NCBI RefSeq assembly: GCF_000315625.1
Contig: NW_005434670.1
Span: forward strand, 82,237-146,236
Direction: 5' to 3'
DNA length: 64,000 nt
Source of the DNA: Guillardia theta CCMP2712
Lineage: Eukaryota; Protista; Cryptophyta
A model generated the notes under the pieces. That model was given only the letters and a program-made list of their open reading frames with translations. It made no database searches and was not told where the DNA came from. This document shows, piece by piece, positions 1-11,900 of this stretch (positions within the stretch are counted from its first letter, which is position 1; every line of letters begins with the position of its first letter). A program made the translations under genes and the position numbers.

Positions 1-3000
1 GCACGGGTAGAGGATCGTGTTCCTGCATGCGAACAGATTCTCTCAGAAGGAGGAGGAGGAGGAGGAGGAGGAGGAGAGAGTTTGGAGATCCAAGGTTGAG
101 ATGATCGAGAAAGAAAGGTGAGGAAAGTCAGAGCAGCAATGGAACCACAAAAAACAGAAATGAAAGCGAGAGGAAGTAGAGGTGGGAGGTAGACAAGGTG
201 AAAGGCACAAGAAAGAATGAACAAGAGGAATGAGATGAAGAGAGACGAGAAGGAGGGGAAGGAGTGGTCCACTACAAGGACTTGAAAGCACCTGGTGCTG
301 ACCAATCTTTCCCAAGGAGGCAACCGCATTGTCTGTCGCGCTCTCCTTGTCCTTGGAACGCGCCCCTTCCTCTCTAGCGACGTGCAGCAGCGTCATGACG
401 GCCTTGGCGGTGTAGGGGCTGAAACTTGGGCCGCCGTTAAGGGCGCAGACTCCGATGCCGTAGAGAGCTGCTTGACGGAGCTCGTCGTCGAGCGAGGAGG
501 CGTGTCGAAGCATCAGCGGCATGAAAGTTGCCACGTATCGCTCAGCGAAGGAGCCCGCGAGCTCGGCAACGTCGTCGATCATCGCCATGCCCAGCCGCTG
601 CGAGGGGAGTGAGGCAAGCGCGAGGAGAGCAGGATTGAGAGAACAAGAGGAGAGGAGGGGAGGAAGGGAGGGGGGAGGGGGGGGAGGGAGAAACGGGAGG
701 AAGAGGGGAGGACCTTGAAGGCGATGTGGGAATGATCGCCAAGCTTGTCAAGGAACCAGGGGAGGAGCTCCTCGAGGTAGGGGAAGAAACCGTTGTCGTG
801 CGTCTCTATCAGCTTGCCGACCAAGTAGATGACCTGCGAACCCCAAGTGAGCGAGACGGAGGAAGAGACTCGAGAGGAGAGGGAAGGGAAACTGAGCCAG
901 GAAGGTGAGAAAGGGGAGGGGCAGGAGGAACAGCAGATGGAAGTCAACGGAAGCGAGGAGGAGCAAGGACAGAGGAGGGGGGCCGTAGACTTTTCGCGCT
1001 GTTAGGGGAAAGAGCAGGAGGAGTTATGATAACCTCGTCGATCATTTCTGTCTCTGCAGCTATCGCCTCCCGTTCCTCCTGATCCTCGTCTTCGTCCTCC
1101 TCGTCCTCCGATTTGTCGCCTTGCAGAGTCTCCATCCTCTCGTTGGAGTCTTCGAGTAGCTGAAAACAAAATCAACCTCTTATTCTAATCGTTCTCCCCT
1201 CCCCCTCCTCGCTCTTGCTTCCTTCTCCCTTTCTCTTCGCTCTTCCTCCCCTCATCCTCTCCCCTTCGATGCCCTACCTGCTTCAGCGCCTTGGCCACCT
1301 CAGCCAGCTGGTCGGCATAGAGGCAGTTCCTTCCACAGGACTTGACGCACTGGGCGATGGCCCTGCACGTCTGAGCTTGAAGAGGCACTTCGGGCTCCAC
1401 CAGCAGCGACTGCAGCAGAGCTGGGAAGGCGAAGCCGAGGACCTGCGTGACGATGCTGCGATCGGCCTGCTGCTTCTCCTGGTAGCTCACGGCCGCCTGC
1501 ACCATCGCTGGCATGCTCTGGATGGCAGAGGATCGCACATCGTCGTGGTACCAGAAGGTGAGGAGAGGCTTCATCTCCCTGCCCACCTGCTCGAGGTAGG
1601 GGAAGAAGCCGTCCTCCAGCTGCTCGAGGTAGGTCACGAGCATCTGACATGCGTTGGCCTTCTCCTCCAGCGCGGAAGTCTTGATGCTGATCAGACTGTC
1701 GCCGACCTGAGTGGCAATGAGACAAGGCAGCCAACTAAGAGCCAGCAGGAAGAGCAGGGAGAGCAGGAGAAGGAGAGCAGAAGAGGGAGGAGCAAGAGCG
1801 AGAGGTGGATCAGGAGGACAAGGAAAAGGGATTCTGAGCTACCTGCACAACTTCCATTCCCTCCATATCATCGTTGTCTGCGGTGTCCCCGTCCTCTACT
1901 CTCACGTCCGGCTTGATCGCCACCGACCGAAGGAGGGAGGGAAGGATCGCCGGCAGGTAAGGCACAAACTCGCTCTTCAGTACCCGGCAGATTCTGCCGC
2001 AGGCCTGATGGAGGTAGGAGAGCTGAGGGTCGTCGGGGGGGAGCTCCTGCTCCTGCATGCTGAAGATGAGCTGCATCGTCTCCTTGGCGTCCTCTCTGAA
2101 CTTCTCGGCCCCGACCGCCACCCCGATCAGGCTGATACACTCCATCGCCTTGCCTCGGATCTTCGCCATGCTCGCGTCCCCGGCTGACTTGGCCAGCAGT
2201 GACTTGAGGAATGGCATGAACTCCTGGTAGTACGGGATAAAGTGCTCCCCGACAGCGATCGCGATCGCCGCCACCGTCGTGATGGCCTGCTCGTTGGCCT
2301 GCTTGTGCGGTTGCTGCAGGAGATGCGCCAGTCTTTGGAGCAGGTGAGGGAGGTAGGGAGTCAGGAGCTCCTCCGACGCATGCTCGCAGAAGTTGATGGT
2401 AGCAGCAGCAGCATGCACGCTGACTCTCATGCTCGGCTCTTGTGTGGTGTCCATAGCGCTGATGAGGGCCGGGAGGATCGTGTCATGGAACTGCTTCTGG
2501 ATGGCGGGGCCGAGGTCCGTGCTCAGCTGCCCAATGCAGTTGATGGCGACCCATCGGACCCGCACGAAGTCGTCGCGAAGCAGAGGAGTTATAAGCCCGA
2601 CGACTCCCGCCAGGTGTTTCTTCATCACCTTGTAGCTTCCTTCCCCGATCTGCGAGATGCAGTAGAGCGCACACATCCGGTACCTCCAGTCCTTGTCTGC
2701 GATGAAGTCCGGGATGAAGGAGAATGCAGCTGGCAGCATCTTTGCCCCTCCTATCGCCACCGCCAGTCTGTCGAGGGCCTCAAGACCCTGCTCGAAGAAG
2801 CCCTGCAGCTCCTCATCCACATCGTCCTCGTCCTCCCACCTGCGGCCCTAGTCAGCGAGAGCGAGCAACAGGTAGGGTGTGACGTCACCGGTTCCATCGT
2901 TCGAGGTCGATCTTTGTGTCCAGCCCCTCGACGATGAGGACGAGCGACACAGCTACGATGTCCTTGAGCAGGTTCTCCGAAGACTTGATCATGGCTGGCG

Positions 3001-4187
3001 CCTTCTCCGCGAGCTCGACAAGGAACTCGAGGGCGAGACGACGAGTAGCCGGCTCGAGGTTCCTGTTCATGGTGATGTGCTGAAGCATGGCTGAGGAGAT
3101 CTCCTGCATGGCATGTGTGAGATGTGTAGCGAGCAAGACGATAAGAAACCTTCAGCTGCGGTTTGAAGAAGCGAGGATTGACTTGAACGATCTCAATCAA
3201 TACGTCCAGGCCAGCACGCGCATTGTACTCGTCCCCTTGCACGGCTGACCCGATAGCTGCCAGCATCCTTGACAGCAGCGCCTGAGCAGGCTTCATCTGC
3301 TTGTTGGTAGAGCAAGAGGAGAGAAAGGAGGAGATGGCCTTCAACCCTGACACCTGCACGCCACAGCTGCGGTCTTGCAACGCGTTCTCAAACAGAGGAT
3401 GGAGCTCCTCGTCGAACTTCATCAGGTCGCTGCCGGCATGGCCGAGGACAAGGGAGAGCATGTAGAAGCCAAGCTCCTTCTTGTTCGAGTCCTCGTGCTT
3501 GCACATCTCATACAGGGTAGGAAGAAGTTGCGGCCACTTGCCATCGTTGGCAGCGAAGGATATCGCGCCGACAACGTTGGCGACCTTCCTTAAAAAGGGG
3601 GCAGAGGACTCTGCTTTGAGAGCATCCAGCAATCGTGATTGTAAATCTTCCTTCGTACTTGTAGAGAGTTTCTCCCAAACTTCCGATAGAGTTGATCTCG
3701 CCAGAACGGCGGCCATAGTCTTTGACTCTTCACTCTCACCCTGAGCGATCTCTTGTATCAGAGCCGTGCATGTGGCATCAGGCATTTCAGTCTTGATCTC
3801 TTCGTACTTCTTCTCGGCCTCTTTGCGGATCTCATTCTCAGAAGACATGAGGGACTTCATAAGGTCCTTCCAGTTTGAGAATGTCTGCTTCAGAAGCTGT
3901 GTATTGCCTGCATTGTCCATGCTTTCATGGGTATCGCCCGATCCTCCTCGAAGGTGCAGACAAGGATAGTGAGGTCGCTTTCTCGAGCTCAAGTAGGTAT
4001 AGTCATGCACTGCATCGCCTTCTCTCTGAACGCATTGAGATCTCAAAACCCTGGCGCTCCGCAGGTTGTACATGCGATTGAATCGTGGAGCGGAGTCATA
4101 CTGACTATGGCCAGACACCACAGGCCAACCCTTCTCCATAGTCAGGAGAGTAAGAAGCATGAGATAGAAGCCAAACGCCTTGACCAT
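1..4187 (-). CDS. IPO5: Importin-5/karyopherin beta-3 (Kap121/Pse1-like HEAT-repeat importin) with N-terminal bipartite leader; multi-exon, 3' end runs off window
   Basis: Exons translate to importin-5 hallmarks: LMSSENEIRKEAEKKYEEIK, ALDRLAVAIGG, DWRYRMCALYCISQIGEG, RVRWVAINCIGQLSTDLGP, IRGKAMECISLIGVAVG, DDPQLSY, FWYHDDVRSSA, ATDNAVASLGKI. Likely ATG 4187 (alternative 4247); GT-AG introns e.g. 3149-3104. Confidence 0.93.
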
Positions 4188-4609
4188 CTTTAACCCTGAT
4201 CGTTCCCTCCGCAAAATCTCGTACAAGTTCGAGTTCGGTCGTACCATTACGGAGGGGGGAGTATGAGTATCAGGTGTGCTTGTTGGACCTCTTGCACCGC
4301 AACTCCTCGCTTGCTCGCTGTCACTTAGCTCCTCTCACGCACCAGCCCTCCTGCTCTGGGGGCTACTCCCGGTACTTCAGCCCCTGCATCCCCGCGCCGA
4401 GGAGAGGGCGCATGCAAGCTTGTGAAAACTTCACCCAATTTTCAGGAGGGTACTTCATTGGTTTTTACTTAACATAGGATACAAACATGGATTGAATATT
4501 AGAGTAAAGATTTTGATAGAACAATGACAAGGGGTGGTAAATGATGATGTGGAGGATCTATCCTTCCTTGATGTAATTTAAATTTTAGTCAATTTTTGGT
4601 GCCAAACAC

Positions 4610-4975
4610 TCGCGGGCGCCGTCCGTCAGCGCCGGCCGGGTCACTGACCAAAGCGCGGCGGCCGCACTCCGCCCGGCCGGGTGGCGGCAATTCACTGACG
4701 AGTCCGAAGTTCGTACTGATACGGTATGATCCACCCCGAACTTCAACCGGAAGTTCGGCCCAGCGGGCACCGCCGGCCCGGCCGTCCGGGGCCCGGGCCC
4801 GGGGGGCGGGGGCCGCCGCGGCCCGGGGGCCCGGCCGGACTCGCGCGGGCCGGCGCAGTGCCGGTGAGTCGGCCCCGATCGGGCTCAAATCCGGGCCCGG
4901 GACTCTCAGACACCGACGCCGTCCGCGGGTCACCGAGCGCGGCAAGAGAGCGGCCGACACCCTGGCTGTGCCCAC
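4610..4975. repeat. GC-rich CCGG/GGCC palindrome-dense intergenic island (1 of 4)
   Basis: Abrupt switch to very high GC with dense CCGG, GGGCCC, GAGTC/GACTC and GTCAC words; lies between divergent genes; similar islands at ~17.3-17.85, 52.2-53.1 and 61.55-62.0 kb. Confidence 0.6.
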
Positions 4976-6379
4976 CGACTTTACTCAAAGTTAAGTTAAA
5001 GATCAGTACGAGGACAATCAGGAGAGTCGAGGAGGCTTGACCCTGACACTGTCGCACAGGCCAAACGGCGACAAGTGAAAAGACAGCGAGAACCAAACCC
5101 GACTTATTAGTCTCAGTGCCACTGAATTACAAGTTAAGGCCAAGTCGAGTTTGAGTCCAGGCTCAACGATCCTTGCGAGTTGGCGGCGGAGGTTCAAAGA
5201 CTTTCTGGGCTCATGCATGTGAGTGGACATCATCATGGTCTGCTGCTGAGAGTCGAAAGTTTTTTCTGTCTTCCAAGGGGCCATCTCCTCAAGTAACGGA
5301 CGTGGCTACGACCAGCTCAATCACCGATCAACGTTGACGTGTATACATTTCTACTTGTTCAAACAAATATGCGTGTAGAACCGCAAACGTCTATTTAGAT
5401 CCCCATTGCTAATTGACAAAAGTGCCATATTTCTGTGTCGATATTGCATTTGGCGATCAGCGACTCAAACCTGGTACATTTTTTTTGAAACACAGCATTA
5501 TCAAACAGTGTGCAAAACGTTGAACAATTCTCTGCTGTGAATAGAAAAGCTTCATAAATAATTACAAGATATACCATAACAAGTCAAATGCTCAGCTGCC
5601 CACAAACACCTCAACGATCACAATGTGTAACATCCATCGAGCATCCCCCATCTTTGGGTTTCCCACTGAATCAAGTAAGAGTCCTCGACTCAAACCTGCT
5701 GCGGTTCTTTGCTGGTCTCAAATCTAAAATACAAACAATCAAGGGCAATCCCAACAAATGGGAACCATTTCACTCACGCTTTCTTGTTGCTGATGACGAG
5801 TTGACCATTCTTGCCGATAGTGAGTCCCATAGCAGCCATCGCGCCATGGCAATGAGAGACATGCTGGTCTGCTTTCTTGTAGCAGGCAGTTGGTAGCTGC
5901 TTCAGCTCTGTCATAACAGGCCTGCTTGTCTTCTCCACCTCCCCCGCCAACGCGTCTCGCAGCAGTCCAAGCATTCTTCAACCTCCTAAATCCGGAACTG
6001 TGCCCTCATCCCCTCGCTGATCATCTTAGATACACTACTATGCCTGCCTCGGAACTCGGAAATCCCGAGCCCGGGGCTCTTTTTTACTCAAAGTTAAGTG
6101 AAATCCGAACCAGGACGGCAGGAGACCAACCACTGAGAACAGATGGTGATGTATGATATCAATTTTCAAATATTTGGGTTTGATTTCAAACCTACAATAC
6201 CCAAGTACCGATTTGGTAACAGCTAAGCTTGCGAGATTGGGATAGGTATTAAAAGTTGGAATTTTCTTCACTGATAGATTCAAAATATCACTGCAACCAA
6301 ATTTGAATCTCAAATTTCACGGTAGAATTTGAGTCCTAGTCAAGTTTTTCGCCCACCAGTTTCAAGTTCGGCGGGTCAA

Positions 6380-8878
6380 TGCAGCATGTAGCAACGTCAC
6401 GGGCTCCATGGCCCTTGGCGCGGCTCATGCTCGTGAGGCGATGGCATGCTCGCTTGTCTGATCTGTTCGCACCTCTCCCCACTGCTCCTTCTCTCCACGT
6501 GCCATTGTCGCTGCCTCTCCCTGATGTTTGCGTGTTTACTCGCGGGGGTGCATTCGCTCGCGAGAGCCGCACCGTCCTGTCACTGGCCGTGACGATTCTT
6601 AGATGAAAATTCCCGCAGATTTGTTTGGTGTGCTGATAGGAATTTCCGCTCAGGGGCGAATTCATGGGGTTGGATTGATCCAAGAACTGGCAGGACGGAT
6701 TTGAAGGTATGATGGAGCGGGAAGCTCAAACCCCGCCCAAACAAGATAAAACAATACAGGACCAAGACAGTGACAAGAGGACGCTCTCAGTAATCATATG
6801 AACTCCTCAGAGTTGCGCGTTTCCTGAAGGTTGTTGCTCACAGGGGAAACGGGGGCTACCTCGCCTATCAAGGATTCATAACCGTAGCAATCAAAATTCT
6901 GCAGAGGAGCAAGAAGACCAGGAGATCTCAGCGGCTCCTCAAACCCCTAAGAAGGCAGACGCTACATCTTCTGGTCTGGTAGCAGGTAGCTTCCTGCAAG
7001 TCTCGTTCCAGTCTGCTGATCGATTCCTACCATGCGCAACAGGAGGGAAGGAGAGCAGACATTCAAACCGAGCTGATTCCGCTCCTCAAGGCCTGATGAA
7101 AGAGAGTGGTATCGTTGTTTCCCTCTCCTTCTTCTCCCCTGTGCTGTGTCAACCTTCCCCCCCCGCCAAGTCACTCCCTTACTCTTCCAGGTGCAGACAG
7201 GCGGGCAGACAGAGGAAGTGAGGGGAACCAAGGAACCCACGGTCTCGAGTCTCTTTCATCCTCCATCGGAGTAGAATCTCAAGTCTCGAGCGATCAGAGC
7301 CCGACTACTCTCAGCCGCTTGTGGTTGGACAAGGAGCCGATCGATGTTGACTGGTCTCTCTACGGGTTTGAGATCCCACAAGAAGTGTTGTTGGGAGGAT
7401 GGGTAAAGACAAGGGACTACATTCGTCTGACGACACCTGTTCCCTTTGATCGCAAGGAAGATTATGATGTGCACTTGTCTCCAAGTCATGATGGTATTTC
7501 GTTTGGGGGAGATATTTGTTCTCTGATTCAATTTTGAAGGCAAGCAAGCCTTGTCCCTCTCGAATGGTGATTCAAGGGGAATAGACAATGAAGAAGAAAT
7601 TGTCGAGCAACAAATTCCAGAAGGTCTTCCAGCAGAGGACCAGACTAACGAGGGAGCACAGCATAAAAGTGCCAGACAAGGTCCGGAAAATGAGAGTGAG
7701 AAAACAGAAACTGAGGAAAGAGACGAGACTGAGAAAACAGAAACAGAGGACAGCAACCAAGATGTAAGAATCCTGAGTCTTTAGCTGCCACAAGTGTTTG
7801 ACAGAGTGCAATGATTCAGGCTGAAATCAAACAAGCTCTATCACATGACAAGGAAACTGAACAGACTGAGGATGGGACGAATGGTAATGATTCCAACTGT
7901 GACTGAAACGGTATGGAACTCACCCACCTACGAACAACAGATCGAGTACAGCCAAACAGCAGCAAATCAACGGACACAGAAGCTACCACAAACAACAAGG
8001 ACAAATTCAGAAGAAAGAGATCCGCATCTCACTCTCCTCATACTCGTAAAAGTAGAAGCTCGCATCCACAACCCGCGGGCTGACGAAGTTTCAGGGGACA
8101 AAGCGATAGTATCACCTCGATTGATGGTGATGAAAGAGCCGATCACCAAGTTTGACTGTGATGACGTCAACGCCTCTAAGGTACGCGGGGAGCTCAAGGA
8201 GGGACGAGAGTTGACGGGTGTGACTGGAATAGGATGAAGTAGCGGGAGGGCTAGTCTCTGCGTCCATTGGCTTTCTTGGTCACCTGGATGACCAGACTTG
8301 CTTCACGCCCCTTCGGTCTGCCCCCTCGCTCCTCCAAATTCTTATCCCTCTCCTCTTCCTTCTTCCTTCTCCCTTCTTCTGTCACTTCTCTCCCCTTGCT
8401 CTCCTCCCCTCTTCCCTTTTCATCTGTCGAACTCCCTGCTTGGCCCCACCCTTCCTTCCTCTTCGCTTCCCTCCAGTCCTTGACTCCCCGTTGCGTCAGT
8501 GTCGGAACCGGTATCTTCGTGGGAGGGAAAAGCGACACAGGATCTCCCCCAGCGACGTGGGGAGGAAGAGGAGGAGTTGCTCCGACGATTCTTCCTGATG
8601 CTGAGCCGAAGGACAAGGACGAGAAGGTGAACGGCATCGATGTCTGTGTCTCCGTCATGCCTTGTCATTGCAAACAAACTTATTGAATGTCTTGTAGGAT
8701 GAGTCTTCGTCATCGATCAATCTTTCCTCTCATCGCATCCCTTCGGATTCAAGACAGGAGGCGTCGAGCAGCCATGAGCTGGAACTGCTTGAAGACTCTC
8801 CTGCCATTGCTGCTGCAAAGAAGTCGCGGTAAGGATACGGTGGAGAAGATAGTATTGCCTATGATGATGAAGGTGGTT

Positions 8879-8915
<37 letters not shown>

Positions 8916-11900
8916 CCCGAATGGAGAAGATTGAGATGATTGTAGCAGTAATGTACAAAGCGCCGATCAATTGTGACGATGATGATGTTTGCAGCCTTGT
9001 TAGCAGCTACTTGAACTCACAAGGAGAAGGAAATGAATCTGATCTTCTGTACCTCGACAAGCTGCCCCCGATCGGCTCATCCTACGTGAAGGTCCAGGGA
9101 GTGGACAGCATGGTCGAGAAGAGCGTTGAACAGTCAAAGCAAGAAGATACAGAAACACACTCGAAGCCAGACAAGAATTCTAATTCGCCGGAGAAGGAAC
9201 TCACTCATAGTACGAGATATCAAGTCTTCAGGAAGATTGAGTTTGAAGCTGGACAAGAAGAAGGCGAAAGATCGGAGCAGGTTTGTTTCAACCTTTCCTC
9301 TCAATCCTTTGATGTGCTAGAGTTGAAAACGTCTTATTCTCCTCACTCTACAGCATGATTCTTCTGTCCTCCCGTCCTCGGGCAAACAGTCAAAAGTCCC
9401 TTCGACCACAAAATCTCCGACAGGTTTTGACAGTGACGACATTACAATGCGATGAATGACCCCTTGCCAGGGGTATGGGGCAAGAAGCTTTCGTTTCCAT
9501 CGAGAGAGAACCTCGACTATGACAACAACATCGATCTCAACAAACAGCTTGACTTGTCGGACTTGGACGCTTTGAAGAGCGCGAGATCAGAAGATTACTT
9601 CTCGACTCCCCTCTCCACCTTTCGCTACAACTCGGAGGACACTCATCGGAGTCGAGATGCTCAGATGGAAAAGAACGCCAACTTAGGAAAGAGCAAGAGT
9701 TCAGCTACAAGTCAGACCATCCTCAACTCTTTGATCGGCGCGATCAGCTCGGTGCAGCAAGATCAATCTTCCTCCTCCAAACTTGTTCAAGAGAGGGAAT
9801 CTCTTGTCTCCCTCGTCCATGATCTGCAAGCAAAGGTCTCCTCTGCCCTGTTTGCTCTCCTCCTCCTTTTCCATTTCCTGTTCTTCCTTTCTCCCCTCCT
9901 CACTCCTCTTCCTCCCTACTGCTCTTTCCTCCCTTGCACTCGCCTCCTCCTCATCGTCATGATCATCAGCATCAATGTCAGCGTCATCGTCGTCACCTTC
10001 TTTTCTCTCAACGCTTCTTCCACAGCTCTGCTCCCCTCCCCCAAATTTACATTGCCTCGCGCCTGTTATCTTACAACTTCTAGGTCGAGAACCTGACGAC
10101 AGCCAAGGCGCACGCGGAGGCGGAAGTGAGAGTCGTCCGCGAGTTCCTGCGGCTATCCGACAAGCAGGAGAGTCAGGGAAAGAGGAGAAAGAGAGACGTT
10201 CCGGTCAGCCCCGACGAGGAGGCTGACAGGTTGAGATCCAGGAAGCATGTCGATGCCGAGCATGCGAAATCGAAGAGGCAGGGTGATGAGAAGCTGGACA
10301 GGTCGAGGGGGGAGGAAGGGGAGGAGGAGAGCTTGAAGGAGGAGGAGAAGGTGGGGAGGACGAGGAGACAGGAGGAGAAAGAGAGGTCGAGGAAGCAGGA
10401 GGAGCTGGAGAGGTCGAGGAGAGGAGGGGAGGAGCGAGGGACACCGAGGAGGCCGGTCGAGCCCAAAGCACTCTCTCAAGAATCGATTGAGAGAGCGCAA
10501 GTCGAAATCTTGCAGTCTATCTATCAGAAGCAGATCTCCTCTCACTTTGCGACGGCCAAGAATAAGTACGAGGAGGAGATGGCGGCAATGAACGACCTGG
10601 CAAGAAGTCACATGGAGGATCTGAAGGGGATGTATGAGACGCAAACTTCCATCATCCACCGGGAGATCGAGAAAGCCATTGATCAGTCTCGGCAGAGGTA
10701 CGAGGAGAGGTTGAGCTCAACGCAGGAGAAGGAGGAAGAGAAGATGAAGTTGCAGGAAGAGCTTCAAAACGCCATCGTGTCGTCGAAGCAGCTGGAAGAC
10801 AGCCTGCTCACAAGAATGCAGGAGCAGGAGCAGGAGAGTGAGAGAAAGGTGTTGGCTATGGCCGCTGGCCTCGAGACTGCCATGAACTCCCTGCTGCTGG
10901 AGCTGCTGGCGTCCAAAGAGGCGCAGGAAAAGATGCGATGGAGAATGAGCGAGCTGGAGGCGCGGGTGATGGTTGAGAGGGACATGCAGGAGAAACTGAG
11001 GCAGAATCATCGGGTTGAGATGGAGGAGATGATGGAGAATTCAGAGCGCGAGAAGGAGAAGGTCGCGGCATCCCTGTGGGAAGAGGCTTCTGCACGCCTC
11101 AAGCAAGTGCAGGTGAGGGAGGGAAGGAAAGGAAGGGTTGAGGGGACAGAAGAAGAGAGAAGAAGATGGAAAACAAGAAAGAAGAGTTGGAGAAAGAGAT
11201 GGAAGGAATGGAGAAGATGAAGACGGAAGAAGAGAGGAGAGAAGGGGAGAGGGAACATGGCTAGTTACGTGAGATCCTTCAGGATGAAATCTCTGCCTCG
11301 TTTCAAGATCAGCTAGAGAAGAGTGTCTCGACTGAGCGAATCATCATCGACGAATTGCGCGAGTTGTTCATGAGGAAATTGCAAGAGACCCATGCTGAGC
11401 TCGACGACAACAAGAAAAGTCTGAGAAAGCACCACGAGGTTCGTGTTTGCATGCTGCTTGTTTCGATACTCTCTCTGCTTCCTCCGCCTGCGTTTCTCTC
11501 ATCGACGATGTTTTTTCAGGATCATCTTCAAATCTTGCAAGATCGCAAGCGACTTGCAGTCAACCAGGCGGCTCTGGAGATCGAGTTGATGATGACGAGA
11601 GAGCGAGTTGAGAAGTTGCAGGTGAAGTGATGTAGAGGAGAAAAGGCCGAGGGAGAAAGAAGAGAGGGTGAGGAGGATAAGGCAGTGGTGGTGGTGGTGG
11701 TGGTAGTGGTAGAGAAGGAGGAGGAGGAGGAGGAGGAGGCGGCGGCGGCGGTGGTGGTGTGGCGGCGGCGGTGGAGGTGGTGGAGGTGGAGGAGGCGGCG
11801 GCGGCGGTGGTGGTGGTGGTGGTGGGTGCTGATACGTGAGCAGGATTCACTGATTCAGGCTGAATGGCAACTGCAAGTGATGAGAGAAAGGGAAAGAAGT

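Noticed and set aside
1215-2937. Long + strand ORFs (233, 158, 231 aa) over the importin gene; likewise antisense ORFs over the LHC, Atg22 and channel genes
   Set aside because: Antisense shadows of GC3-rich coding sequence; no recognisable motifs.
4585-5096. Arg/Pro/Gly/Ala-rich ORFs in GC islands (also 17026-17925, 52180-52405, 61548-61898)
   Set aside because: Open in several frames on both strands because high GC removes stops; no codon or splice pattern.
5588-6156. Short ORFs that might be a decayed gene or transposon
   Set aside because: No RT, integrase, transposase or other motif recognised; cannot be supported.
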